The position numbers and the translations under genes are program-made. The notes beneath the pieces were generated by a model. That model had not been told where the DNA came from. It ran no database searches and saw nothing but the letters and a program-made list of their open reading frames with translations. From Paragordius varius (Eukaryota; Animalia; Nematomorpha): a stretch of 64,000 bases of DNA. Of this stretch, positions 38,110 through 50,511 are shown piece after piece; position 1 is the first letter of the stretch, and the number at the start of each line of letters is the position of its first letter. The stretch spans positions 8,742,001 to 8,806,000 of the forward strand of contig OZ176056.1 of assembly GCA_964247055.1 (NCBI GenBank). The letters run 5' to 3'.

Positions 38110-40805
38110 AGGCGTGCAGGCCTGACCCAGCCATTCGCTGCACGGAGGTAGGGGCCAATAGGGATAAGGAATGTTGTAGAGTGTGTTTTGCCATTATAAA
38201 TGTTGGTTCGTTAAAAAGTAAGTAATATGATTTAGTTAAATTATGAGGGTAGAAAAAGTAAATTTTTTGTGCATTCAGAAGACCAGATACCGTGGAAATG
38301 GTACTAAGACATTAGAGGATAATTATAAAATGTTTTATTCAGGTTCTACGGATGGTTACAGTAGGGTCGCCATAATAGTGTGTTCAAAATTTGCCAATCA
38401 AGTAATCGAGGTTAGACGTGCTGACAGTAGAATTATAACTGTCGATATATTGTTAAATAAGAGGGTTTTTACTATCTTTAGCGTTTAGGCCCCCCAGATA
38501 GGGTTAGCTAAACCGGAGAAAGATAAATTATATGATTTGTTAGACGCAGAAATGACTTCATTAACGAAAGACAAAGAAATCATATTTTGTGGTGATTTCA
38601 ATGGGCCGTGGGACAAAATAGGAGAGGTTTGAGCCTTGGCACGGCGGAAAAGGTTACGGGGTCATAAATGAAGAAGGGGCTAGTTTATTAAAATTTGCCC
38701 AATCCTATAACATTGCTATAGCAAATACACTAAAAGGGATAGCCACTTAATTACCTACGAAAGTGGAAATAAGAAGTTACAAATTGATTATATTCTATTG
38801 CCACGAAAGTCTTTAAAGTTTGTTTTCGATAGCAAAGTCATACCTAACCTGCAGATTAGCACACAACATAATTTAATTATGTGTAAATATATGACAGATA
38901 TACCAATAAATTCCGAAAAGCCTAAGCTTATAGCGCCGAAGGTAATTAAATGGGAATTCCTAAACAGTAAAGAGAGATTTGTAGAAACGGTAGGCATACT
39001 AGACAGGAACAGTGATCCAGAAAATGTTTGGTCTCAATTTCCAAAAAAATAAGAGAGGCGGGAGTTAAGGTGTGCGGAATGAGAGGTGGCAGAAATCAGG
39101 TTTATAGAGAGGCATGGCTAAAATAAAGCTTTTAAAATGTGGAGGTTTACCCACCAAGCAGGAGACAAGGAAAAAAGTAAAAGGATTAATAAGGAACTTA
39201 AAAGGCTTGTAAGATTGGTCAAAAAAGAAAAGACTGCATCATTATATAAAGAGGTAAACAGTAAGCAAGATCTAAACAAAGTTTTTGAAATTGCTCGACA
39301 AAGACACAGAAGAAAGCTGGACTTGCCCCCTTACGGGACACCTATTAAAGATAAAAGCGGCAAATTACTCGTTGAGGAATCGAAAATATTGAAAAGGTGG
39401 AAAAAATACTTCCAGGAGCTTGAATTGGGCGTCAGTGAAACAAATTTTCCTGAAACACCAGATTATATATCTCAGATTGAAAGTATAACAAAAGAAGAAG
39501 TCCAGGCTGGTTTGAAAGAGATGTCATTAAATAAGGCTGCAGGTCCAGACGATAATAACATTAACTGTTGGAAAATAATGTCAGAGAAAGGTATTGAATT
39601 TTTGACGGATATTTTTAATAATGTAGTTACTACAGGTATGATACCAACCGAATGGAAGGGGAGTTTCACTGTTCCCATTTTCAAGGGTAAAGGAGATATT
39701 AATGGTTGTAATAATTAGAGATGTCGCATACAATGAAGTTATTTGAGAAAGTACTAGAGAAAAGAATGAGAAAAATGGTTAGTATAGAGGGTAATCAATT
39801 TGGTTTTTTTTCAGGAAAGTCCACCATTGATCCGATCGCAGTAAGAAGGCTAATCGAGAAGCATATAGAAATGAAAAAGGAGTTGCATGGTATTTGTATT
39901 GATATTGAAAAGGCTTTTGACAGAATACCACTGAGCACAATATGGTGGAGGTTAAGACGGAAAAACGTCCCTGAAAGTTACAAAAAGATTTTAAAATGCA
40001 TGTACGATTCCCAAACCAAAATTAAAACACACCAGGGAGTATCAGGTCCTATTAAAATAAACGAAGGGGTCTATCAGGTGTCTGCAATCAGCCCGTTACT
40101 ATTTATAATATGCATAGACCAAATTTCAAAAGAAGTGGGGCAACATGGTGGCTGTATTTTCTTTATGCAGACGACCTAATAAGGCTGTCCGACGAGTTGC
40201 ATGAATTGAAAGAATTGGTGGGTAAATGGATTGATGTGTTACGACGATGCGGATTAAAAGTTAATAAAAAGAAAACAGAACGATAAATTTTGGCGGGAAA
40301 AAACGAGAAATAGAATTAGAAGAAGGGTGGGTATTAAACAGGAGGAATGCAAATATTTAGGATCGATTTTAGCAGCAGATGGTTCTTTAACACTTGATAT
40401 TAATTTAAGAATTTGAAATAGTTGGGCATTATAAAAAGATCTCATATGTTTTGTGTGACAAAAATATTGACCTAAAAAGGGTAAGATTTACAGTGCTGTT
40501 GTACAGCCAACAATGATGTACAACTCACAGACATGAGCAATAAAGAAATCAGAAGAGAACTTGGAGGTTACTGAAATGAGAATGCTTAGATTGATGTGCG
40601 GTGTAACGAGGAATGACAAGGTGAAGAATGTCTACATAGGAGGAAGTACGGAAATCAAACCAATAACGCAAAAGTTTATGGTAAATCGTTTAAGATGGTT
40701 CGGACATGTTAAAAGAAGAGATAATAATTACATTGGTAAACAGATTGATGATTATATTGTGAAAGGCAAGAGGGGAAAGGGCGCCCTAAAACGCGTTGGA
40801 TGGAA
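38110..40805 (+). mobile_element. Decayed RTE-like LINE (family R3), 3' end missing
   Basis: APE remnants (INVGSLKSK, FLCIQKTRY, CGDFNG, QIDYIL); RT remnants (KAAGPDD, VPIFKGKGD, SHTMKLFEKV, QFGF, DIEKAFDRIP, GVYQVSAISPLLF, YADDL, RLRWFGHVKRR); multiple frameshifts; no tail. Confidence 0.9.
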
Positions 40806-41133
40806 TATGCAATTTCTGCAGGCCAACCACATTAATGTGGGTCAATTCATTTTACAACATTGTATGAGAAATAACATTAATTTTGTTAAAAAGTTTTGTA
40901 TTGCAATTCTGAAAGACATTCATTAAATTTTAACAGAATGATTGTTATTTCACATATTTTATTATTAAGTCAATTGGCTAACATATGTTTTCTGGTATCA
41001 AATGTGCATTATTTGTCTAATGTTGATCGAATTTCCCATTTATTTATAACATTATCCCTAAACAGGACAAATATTTTCTCAATCAATAAAAACGCTTTTA
41101 TAGATTTATAAAACAAGTAGCGTGTAATGATTA

Positions 41134-42269
41134 CACTGCTCAACATTTTGCACCACCCCATTATTTTTGCATTTTCTAATACCTAATGGCATGGAAAGGC
41201 CAAAACAAAAAAGAAAATTGAGGCCACCAATAGGATTTTTCCAAAATTTAATTTTTAAATTTGTATTTAATTCAAAAATAACAATCATTCCTCGTGCACA
41301 TATGTTTAAATATTCAAACGAGCAAGTCGATACAAGTAATATTCCATGCATGGATAACAAATTCTAGGCATTAAATAAGATACTAAATAAACTAAGAGCC
41401 AAAGTATTAAAAATCTAAAAGGGCTTATGTATATTGTGATAGATCCGGGCGGCTGCACAAGCTCTGCATATCCCCCAAGCGATCCTATAATTATGCCAGA
41501 TGTGGCAAAGATAACAATAAGTAATCGTAAAATCCGATAAGAAAGACTTGCAAGCAAAATCCAGGCAAATTGACATGTCAAATTAACCAATTTACAGAAT
41601 AAAGTTAGATAAATTCTACAATTAAATTGAATATAAATTAGGTAAATACAATGGTCCAATCCCATAACAGTAAATTCTACTAAAAGTGGCTACACAACAT
41701 CCATCTAAAATTCAAAATACAAAACAACCAATAATTTTTAAAAAAATAAGGTATATCCACTAGGTATAAATAAAGGATTTTTTATAAGAGCCAACTCAAG
41801 AGAAAAAGTCTAATAAGTACTCAAAAAAACGAAAACTAACAAAAAAATATGGCCTATCTGAAAGCCGAAGGTTTAAACCATAGAATGCCTTTTTTAGTAT
41901 TTTTTTAAAAAAATTTTATATGTGTTAAAATTCACTTGAAAAAAAAGACTGAATTTTGACGTTTAAGTCCGTACTATTTTTTTTCTCTCTGATATTTAAA
42001 TGACATATTTATATTCAAAAGATAGAGTTTAAAACGCTTTATTAAATGATATTAAGTTTATAATATAATAACATTTTATTATAAAGTTATATTTAATTTT
42101 CTCTCGATTTTCTCTTGTTTTTGAAAAATTGAAAAATCTATAAAATTTCAAAATTCTGATTGGCGGGATCAAAATTTTTTTTAAATTCGGTTTTAAAACA
42201 CTGAAATTAGTCATAATTTAAAAAGTTTGAGTGGTGGTGCTTAAAAATGTCCAAATTTGTCGACTAGTG
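41134..42269 (+). mobile_element. Family A copy 2 (Chapaev3/CMC-like)
   Basis: TTA|CACTGCTCAACA...GTCGACTAGTG|TTA; empty paralogous site AATGA-TTA-TAAAG at 53897-53899. Confidence 0.9.
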
Positions 42270-43056
42270 TTATAAGGCTTGACTCCACAACCCTTTTTTG
42301 CAATATTTTATTTATGACGAAATGTTGAATAATTCATAAATATTAGACCTAGCATTTTATTAATGATGTTTTAGTATTAATATAATAATGTAAATTATTA
42401 AATACTTTCTATATTTAAAGACAAAGGAAAGGACAATGCGCCCGCTAACAGGAACACTGGTATATTTTTAATTTCAAACATATAATAGCAAAAAGTATAT
42501 TTTAATAACAGTTGCATTCGTAGGACAATCATAATCAAAAATTAATTAGAAAATTAGAAAGATAATTATGAACAAAAAATATAAACGATATACCCTTTCG
42601 TCAATAGTAATCGCAGACTTCTCAATGTAATATAATTTAGAGTAATAATGTCTTCTAATTAATTTTTTATTTATATATTCTCATATATATGGTGATATTA
42701 TGAAATGCAACATAATATCAAAATAAGGGCAGTGGTGTCCAAATCCAAAAAATTAATTTTACAGTAAACTTAGATGACAATAACGTAAAAGTCACCGTTT
42801 ATAGAACAAATAACATAAAATACACTTTAAATGGATTGATTATTATAAACCCCAAATCGTAAAGTTTCTTGTTAGGTGAAACTATCTTTATATGTATAAT
42901 AATTTTGCAAACATATTTTAAAACCCCGACGATGCAAAGTTTGAAAAATAATTTTTAAATTCTTCAAATAATTAAATGTTGATGAATGTCTAATTAATAA
43001 TATTAAATTTTATATAATATTTTTAATTATTTCAATCTGATGGTTTATTACACTTT

Positions 43057-43062
<6 letters not shown>

Positions 43063-43089
<27 letters not shown>
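43063..43089. repeat. (TA)n microsatellite; others at ~24394-24418, ~26092-26108, ~28919-28945, ~30218-30238, ~54698-54713
   Basis: Direct reading; lengths differ between duplicated units. Confidence 0.95.
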
Positions 43090-43093
<4 letters not shown>

Positions 43094-43944
43094 GAAATCA
43101 ACCAAAAAATTATTAATTTTCTTATAAAAATTTTAAATTAAGAACAATCTGATTGTCCTGACATTTGTTAATTGCTGTTAAAGCAAACGAAATTCTTCGA
43201 AAATAGCAGAAAATCATTTTGAGTTATTTAATATTTTCCAATAAGAGATCTAGTAAATGTATGAAAATTATAAAAATTACATTTATAACCGATTTAGCAA
43301 TTTAATATAACTAGGAAATATTAATTATATTATTTATGATTTAATATATGGTGAGGCACTACATTTTGTTAGTATATTTTAAATCACATTCTAAGTTTAG
43401 GAATAATTATTGATTGCAATAATGTTATTATTAGCGGTATGGCACTATATCGAAAAAATTTTAGTAGGCTTTTATATTAATTTTAACATAAAAAGATTAT
43501 TAAACAAATTGGTCCGATTATTTATTCATGCATGAAACCATGTGATTGAAAGCGGGAGGATATTCAAGGATAGTATTTTCTTATATACTATAAATATATT
43601 TAAAAAATAGGTTTCCTTTTAGTAATTATTAATCTTTTTCCTTGTTTTGTAGAGTTTTTATTTTATTTGTATGCTAAGTATGTAATTTAAAGAGTAACAT
43701 AATTCTTAAGTCATCAAAAATCATTGTTATACAGATCTCTCTCTTTTTTTTTCTCTACTCCTTGGTGCCTATTTATTTTATTTTTACTAGCCTAGCCATA
43801 ATTTCTTTATATTTTTCCTTTATGATTGCCAGACAGAGCAAAATATCAATATTTATAATTTATCCAAATTAACAACATTTATTAAGATTACTCTTTAATT
43901 TTAATTATTCTAGATATTTATTTTTTTGTAAAGAGGGTAAGTGA

Positions 43945-43971
43945 GAGGGAAGGCAATGGCAAACCACCCTC
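43945..43971 (+). promoter_or_regulatory. Conserved RTE 5'-UTR stem-loop motif
   Basis: GAGGG-AA-GG-CAATGGCAAA-CC-A-CCCTC; counterparts on the minus strand at 50452-50484 and 15019-15051. Confidence 0.6.
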
Positions 43972-44002
43972 GTTTATTACTGCCAAAAAATAGTTTTACT
44001 AA

Positions 44003-46807
44003 ATGAACTTAACAAGAATTTTCAAAGTTGGATGCTGGAATGTACGTTCCTTAACATCAACCAAACAGGTGATAATTGAAAAGGAAATGGAAAGATTGAA
44101 CATAGATATACTGGGTCTAACGGAAACCAAGCAAAAAGGTAGCGCGAAAGTACAAAACGAAAATTATACATTGTTAAGATCGGGGAGAGATGACCAGAAA
44201 TCTGAAGGCGTTGCAGTATTAATAAAAAACAAATTAAATAAAAGTCTCATTAGTTATACACCATATACACCCAGAATCATGAGTATTAGGCTGAATGCCA
44301 AGCCACTTAAATTTACATACATAGTAGTCTATGCTCCTACGTCAAACGCTCCCAAAGAAGACATAGAGGACTTTTATGCAACGTTGCAAATAGTTTTGGA
44401 TGAAACGAAGAAAGGAGATATGATTATCATAGGAGGGGATTGGAACAGCAAAGTTGGTAGAGGTAGAGTAGATCAAATAGTCGGGCCATATGGATTGGGA
44501 GAACGAAACGAGGCCGGGGAAGCACTGATCAATTTTTGTCAAGAAAATGAGATGATGATAACCAACACATGGTTTCCACAACACAATAGGAGGTTATACA
44601 CATGGACCTCTCCATGTGGTAAATATAAGAATCAAATTGATTACATAATGTGTCCTCAAAAATGGAAAAGCTCTATAATCGATACCAAAACAAGCAAAAG
44701 CAGCGATTGCTCTAGCGACCATGAGCTTTTAATAACCAAAATCAAACTTAAAATAATTAAAAATAAGGTTAAACAGATATACAGATATGACACTCGGAAC
44801 ATTCCAAATAGTTTTAGAACAGAAACCAAAGATAGATTAGGAAGTTTGGACAATGGATGTAGCTCAGAACAATTATGGGGAACGATAAAAAATGTTGTTA
44901 ATGAAGTGGCAAAAGAAAAAGTGCAGAGAGTAAAGAGGAAAGATAACAAATGGATATCAGAAAAGAGTATAGAGATAGCAGAAAAGAGGAGAAAAGCTAA
45001 ATCAAGAGGTGATAATAAAATGGTAAAATTATATAACAAAGAATTTCAACGACAAACAAGGAAGGATTACGAAGATTTTCTTAATAAACAATGTCTGGAA
45101 GTGGAATTAAATAACAAAAAAGGATTAATGCAACCAATGTTCCAGAAACTGAAGCAAATGACTCATAAACCTTTTATATCATCACAAAAGATTAAAAAAG
45201 AGAATGGCACCATATTGTGCAAACAAACAGAAGTACGAGAAAGATGGAAGGAATACACCCAAAAACTCTATCAGGCTCCTCAAACAAAGGTGTTGCAATT
45301 AAAAGAAGAAGAACGTGATCCAGATATATTAAGAGAGGAGGTTGAATTAGCCTTAAAACAAATTCCTAACAACAAAGCGATGGGATTAGACAATATCCCA
45401 ATAGAGTTCATAAAAGCTATTCCCGTTGAAAAATTACACCAGTTATGTCAAAAGGTGTGGGAAACATGTGAGTGGCCAAACGATTGGGCATCATCTGTAT
45501 ATCTCCCAATATATAAAAAAGGAGATGTACTCCAATGCGAGAATTATCGGAACATATCTCTTATTAGCCACGCTAGTAAGGTCTTACTAAAAGTAATACA
45601 AAACAGAATGCACAGTATCATACAGACAGAAATACCAGAAAATCAAGCCGGATTTATGAAGGGAAAAAGCACAAGAGACCATATCTCAAACATGAGAAGG
45701 ATAATGGAAACATCAAAAGAGTTCCAGAAAGAATTATACATGTGTTTTATTGATTACAGACAAGCATTTGATTCAATTAACTATGACTCCTTGTGGGAAA
45801 CATTAAAGTTAGTAGGGGTATCGTCTCACTTAATAAGATTGATTAACTCTCTGTATGTAAAACAAAGAGCGATTATTAGAACACCAGCGGGGGACACAGA
45901 CGAAATACCAATCTTGAAAGGAGTCAGACAAGGGTGTTGCTTATCCCCTTATCTGTTCAATATGTGCACAGAAATGATAATGAGGAAGTTGGATGGTAAA
46001 AATATTGGAGTAAGAATAGGAGGGAGAACAATCAATAATTTAAGGTTTGCAGACGATACCACTCTTATAGCTGAAAGTACAAATGATTTGAAGGAATTGA
46101 TTGAAGAGATTCGAAAGGAAAGTTTGAGGTATGGTCTTAGGCTTAATCCTAACAAAACCAAAATATTATGTACAGGAAAAAAGCCTACAATTATAATAGA
46201 AGGAGTAGAAATAGAAATAGTTAAACAGTTAACGTTTTTGGGCGCAATAATTTCAGAGGATGGGTCTTCAACTCCTGACATCAGAAAGAGAATAGGATTG
46301 GGTAGAGAAGCGATGACCAAATTAATTAAGATTTGGAAAAACAAAAGCGTAGGAGTTGAAACCAAAAAAAGATTACTCTACTGTTTCGTTCTCCCGGTCA
46401 CCACATATGGATGTGAGAGTTGGACACTCAGAAAAAGGGACAAAGAAAGGCTCATGGCTTTTGAAAGGAGCTGCTGGCGTAGGATGCTAGGATACACCTG
46501 GAAGGATAAAATTAAGAATGAAAGTTTAACTACAGAAATAAAACCTAAAACAAACATCATGGAGATAATTCTAAAAAGAAAGTTAACATATTTTGGTCAT
46601 GTCATGCGATCGAATTCTCTGGAGAAAGATACAATGCTTGGGAAGGTAGAAGGGCAAAGGAAACGAGGCCGACCACCGACGAGGTGGTTGGATATGATAA
46701 AAGAAGAGACCAAAATGACACTGAAAGAGCTCAATATAGCGGTTAAAGATAGAAAAAAATGGAAAGAAATAGTTAAAACTATATCCAAAAAGTCGTTTAC
46801 GACTTAG
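44003..46807 (+). CDS. RTE LINE APE endonuclease plus reverse transcriptase, 934 aa
   Basis: VGCWNVRSL, GLTETK, YAPT, GGDWNSKVG, QIDYI, SSDHELL; YRNISLISHASKVLL, QAGF, FIDYRQAFDSI, GVRQGCCLSPYLF, RFADDT, LNPNKTK, YFGHVMR; uninterrupted. Confidence 0.97.
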   Translation: MNLTRIFKVGCWNVRSLTSTKQVIIEKEMERLNIDILGLTETKQKGSAKVQNENYTLLRSGRDDQKSEGVAVLIKNKLNKSLISYTPYTPRIMSIRLNAKPLKFTYIVVYAPTSNAPKEDIEDFYATLQIVLDETKKGDMIIIGGDWNSKVGRGRVDQIVGPYGLGERNEAGEALINFCQENEMMITNTWFPQHNRRLYTWTSPCGKYKNQIDYIMCPQKWKSSIIDTKTSKSSDCSSDHELLITKIKLKIIKNKVKQIYRYDTRNIPNSFRTETKDRLGSLDNGCSSEQLWGTIKNVVNEVAKEKVQRVKRKDNKWISEKSIEIAEKRRKAKSRGDNKMVKLYNKEFQRQTRKDYEDFLNKQCLEVELNNKKGLMQPMFQKLKQMTHKPFISSQKIKKENGTILCKQTEVRERWKEYTQKLYQAPQTKVLQLKEEERDPDILREEVELALKQIPNNKAMGLDNIPIEFIKAIPVEKLHQLCQKVWETCEWPNDWASSVYLPIYKKGDVLQCENYRNISLISHASKVLLKVIQNRMHSIIQTEIPENQAGFMKGKSTRDHISNMRRIMETSKEFQKELYMCFIDYRQAFDSINYDSLWETLKLVGVSSHLIRLINSLYVKQRAIIRTPAGDTDEIPILKGVRQGCCLSPYLFNMCTEMIMRKLDGKNIGVRIGGRTINNLRFADDTTLIAESTNDLKELIEEIRKESLRYGLRLNPNKTKILCTGKKPTIIIEGVEIEIVKQLTFLGAIISEDGSSTPDIRKRIGLGREAMTKLIKIWKNKSVGVETKKRLLYCFVLPVTTYGCESWTLRKRDKERLMAFERSCWRRMLGYTWKDKIKNESLTTEIKPKTNIMEIILKRKLTYFGHVMRSNSLEKDTMLGKVEGQRKRGRPPTRWLDMIKEETKMTLKELNIAVKDRKKWKEIVKTISKKSFTT

Positions 46808-47665
46808 GAAAAACCAACCAACCAACCAACCGTAACACTTATTATGATATGTCTTTAATTATTTTCTTCTTCAATTTTAACATCCGAATTCGGTGATTTG
46901 TTCAAAAAATGCAAGAATATTTAACAGCCTTTTTATCTGAATCATGCGTAATAGCTTAATTGCATACTTAGAGGCAAGGGTTATCCTACAGGAAAATTGA
47001 AACCTCATATTGATATATTTTATAATTATAATTATATAAATTTATTCATTTAAAATAATATCTTTCGTGTCAAAAGAAAATAACAGTGAATCCAGTGATA
47101 ATGCAAAAATCAATATTTATCAGATATCCTACAGAAAAATTGAAATTTTATGATATAATTTATAATATAATTATATAAATTTAAGACTTTATTTTTCATA
47201 ATAACTTTAGTGGCAAAAGAAAAAAAGAGTGAATCGAGTGGACAGCCTGAAGACCGTAACATTCGAATCGGTAGATTTTATATTACATAATGGCAAAAGT
47301 AATTATTTAAAAAGATATTTTTTGATTTAAAGAGGTAGTGCTTTAAGGGGCAAAACGCCGTCCGCATATGTTTCCCTAACCATTTCTATAGCTTTAACGC
47401 AATCAAATAATATTGCTTCTTTAAAACAATATTTCTGATTTCGTAATTTTGATAAGGAGTAACATCATTGTGTAAGTCATATTTTTAAAATTGAAATATT
47501 TTTCAATTTTGCGTATGTATTTCAAATTTTCTGATTCAAAAGAGCTGGATAATCATTTGTGTTAATTTTATCTGCTCTAAACCCTAAAATCAAACTGGTC
47601 AGGTTATACTGTATGAATATCTGAAACAATTTCTAGCTGACTCCCAAATATTGTTGTGAAGTTTA

Positions 47666-50511
47666 GTTGTTGTTGTTGTTTGCTAAAGTCGATTCCGACT
47701 AACTGCAACATTGAAAATAAAGCTTCTCCATTCACTGAGATTTCCGGTTTTGGTGTTTAGTTCGGATAATGATTGGTTGGTTTTTTTGAGGATGTTATCC
47801 ATCCAACGAACTTTCCCCAGCATCAGTGATTTTTCAAGTGAGCTGGATCTCATAATGTGCCCGAAGAAGGAGAGTTTTTGCCGTGTTATGCTGCCAAGAA
47901 GTGACATTTCTGGGTTAATTTTATTTAGAATAGTGGTGTTTGAAACTTTGTCTGTGAATGTGGGGAAAACTGTAGCTTTGATTAATCTAATTTTGGTTTG
48001 TAGTTTAATGTCATGTGACATCGAAATCCTGTTATATTTAAAAGTTACTGCTTTAGCAATAGCAATTCTTCGCTTTATTTCAGGCGTAGAGTTGTTCTCA
48101 TTATTAATAATGCTACCTAAGTACGTGTAGCTGCTAACTGTTTCGATCTGGTTGCCGTTGAGGATTATTGGATTGGTTTGAGCAGGATTTATTTGCATGA
48201 ATTTTGTTTTTTTGAAATTGATATTTAATCCAAATTTATTGCATTCAGTTGTAAACACTTGCAAGGCTTGGGATAATGTCTCTACACTGTCTGCGAATAT
48301 GACTGTATCATCCGCGTAGTGAACGGATGTAAGTAGGTTCTTACCTACGTTGATGCCGTAAGTTTGTGGGATATTTCGACGGAGGCCGACTTGTACCTTA
48401 CATGAGTCAGATATACCGTGAGGTGTAGATACTACAGCCGTGGAATTTGAATAAATTGAAAATATGATGTTGATTAAATGTGTTGACACTCTGAGTTGTT
48501 TTAGAGCTTTCCGTAGTTTATTGTGCTGGATGGAATCAAATGCTTTGGAAAAATCGACAAAGCACATATGCAATTCTTTGTTAAATTCGATGTGTTTCTC
48601 GATTATCCACCTCATACATATCATATCTCGGCATCCTCTACCTTTTCGAAAACCAGCTTGAATCGTGGATATCTCGGGGTCAAGAATGGAATTTAGACGA
48701 AACTGTATTATTTTTAGAAAAACTTTGGACACCTGGTTTATGAGCGCTATGGTGCGATAGTTGTCACACAGTTCTGGGTTACCCTTTTTTAAAATCGGAA
48801 TCATAATGGATGTGCACCAATCCTCAGGAATTTTTTCCATCTCAAATATGGTTTGAATTTGGTGAGTATATCGATTGGAATGTATTTTATTATTTCAGTA
48901 GGGATGTCTCTGTGGCCCTCTGATTTGCCGGTGCTAAAGTGTTTTATCGTGAGTTCCACTTCTTCTTTCATAATAGGTGGTTCTTTTTGTTGAGTAAGTT
49001 CGCTAATAGTCGGGGGGTTATTTATATTGTATAGTTTGTTTATATGTTTGTGCCATAGTTTGCGAATTTCGTCTTTTTTAGTGACGATTGAGTTGTTGTC
49101 GTTTCTCATAGGTCCCTTATAAAAAACTTTTTTATGTGGAATAATATTGTTTGCATGGGCAAAGAGTTTTTGTTATTTTTGGCGTCTGTTTCTAAATTTT
49201 CACATAGTTGGTCATAATACTTATTTGTGTCCTCTCTTGCACTCTTCTGAAATTGCCTGTTTAGTTGTTTGTATTCATCCTTGCATTTGATTTTGGATTC
49301 TCTACGTTTTTCTGCGATCTCGAGACTTTTGGTTGACAGTTTTATTTTTTGTTTATTGCGTTTGAGAGGCCGAATGAATTCGTCGGCTGTGTCTCGGAAG
49401 ATTGTATATATATCGTTCCAAAAGAAGTTTATATCCTGATAGTTTTCGGAATTATGATCAAGACAATCGAAACGATTTGATAAAGCGGTGCTAAACTTGT
49501 CGTCGATTGTCTCATAATCTAATCTTGTTCTTGTGGGTTTGGATGTTTTAGGAAGTTGTAATTTAATTCGGAGTTTGGCGATCAATAGGTTGTGGTCGCT
49601 GTAGCAATCCGATCCTGGTAGGCATTTGACATTATGAAATGAACTTTTATATTTTACCATACCTAATATGAAGTCAATCTGGTTACATTATCTTTGACAC
49701 GGGGAACGCCATGTGTATAGACGTCGTTTGGGCTGTTTAAAAAAGCTGTTTGCGACGAAGAAACGATGGTTAGCACGAAATTCAATCAATCTGTCTCCTC
49801 TCTCGTTTTTTATGCCCAAGCCCATGCCGCCCGTCATAGGAGGTGTTTTGTCTGTTCCGATGATTGAGTTAAAATCGCCTAAGATAAATATGATATCCTT
49901 TTTTGAAATTTGGGAAATCGCCAAGTCGAGATTGCTATAAAATTTTTCACAGTCGTCATCGCTGTAAGAGGAGGTAGGTGCGTAAATTTGGAGGATAGTA
50001 ATGGGTTGAGGGGTTGTTTGTATGCGGATTGCAATAATACGATCATTGATTAGATTAAAAATGTCAGATAAGTTAGCTAGTTTTTTGTTCATTATTATGC
50101 CGACACCGTTGTATTTTGACGAGTCGTGGCCGGAATAATACAAAATATGATTGTCAAATTCTAAGGTTCCGGTAGAGGGGATGTGTGATTCTGAAATTTG
50201 TAGTATGTCAATTTTATGCTTAGTCATTTCGTTAACGCCAATATCTAGTTTGTGGTTTTTGTAGGCTCCGCGTAAGTCCCATGTGGCGATGCGGATGCTG
50301 AGATTACGTGATTTCAACATTAGCAAAATGTGCTTAGAATGGGAGAATGTGAATCGGAAATATGTTATGGATATGTAAAGATTAGGATCTAACTATTTCT
50401 AATATTCGGAGAAGGTATAAAATCAATGTTTTTGGTAAAAAAGATCGATAAGAGATGGGTAGGTATACCATACCTTTCCCACTCGATTAAAAGCATGTGT
50501 TTACATGCGTG
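47666..50511 (-). mobile_element. Decayed RTE-clade LINE (family R2, copy 2)
   Basis: ORF pieces 49688-50326 (IATWDLRG, YAPT, LGDFNS), 49106-49660, 48801-49109, 47683-48840 (YRTIALI, FVDFSKAFDSI, HYADDT, FFGHIMR); (CAA)n tail; same 5' end as copy 1. Confidence 0.93.

Larger units (their letters stand above)
43514..46831 (+). mobile_element. Apparently full-length, intact RTE-clade LINE (family R1)
   Basis: Single APE-RT ORF; (CCAA)n 3' tail at ~46813-46831; BovB-like 5' motif at 43945-43985. The 5' boundary is inferred from where X1 departs from the Y paralogue; no TSD found. Confidence 0.85.

Noticed and set aside
38113-38165. HDV-like ribozyme at the 5' end of the R3 LINE
   Set aside because: A 7-bp stem CGTGCAG/CTGCACG followed by G and a GCCAA motif exist, but I could not form P2 and P3 simultaneously by hand; an RNArobo or Infernal search would settle it.
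43933-43971. HDV-like ribozyme in the R1 5' UTR (GGCAATGGCAAA resembles the HDV 3' end)
   Set aside because: No room or pairing for P1/P3 upstream; a simple hairpin fits better.
44342-46825. Antisense and overlapping ORFs within the RTE ORF, and similar ones over other LINEs and the Gypsy
   Set aside because: Shadow frames of TE coding sequence with no independent motifs.
42420-47450. Mariner transposase reading of the X/Y unit (DNAPAN on plus; AIEMVRETYADGVL and HPRSIICYFW on minus)
   Set aside because: Motifs fall on opposite strands, there is no WVPHEL/YSPDL and no TIR; an ordered CR1/L2 RT interpretation explains more blocks.
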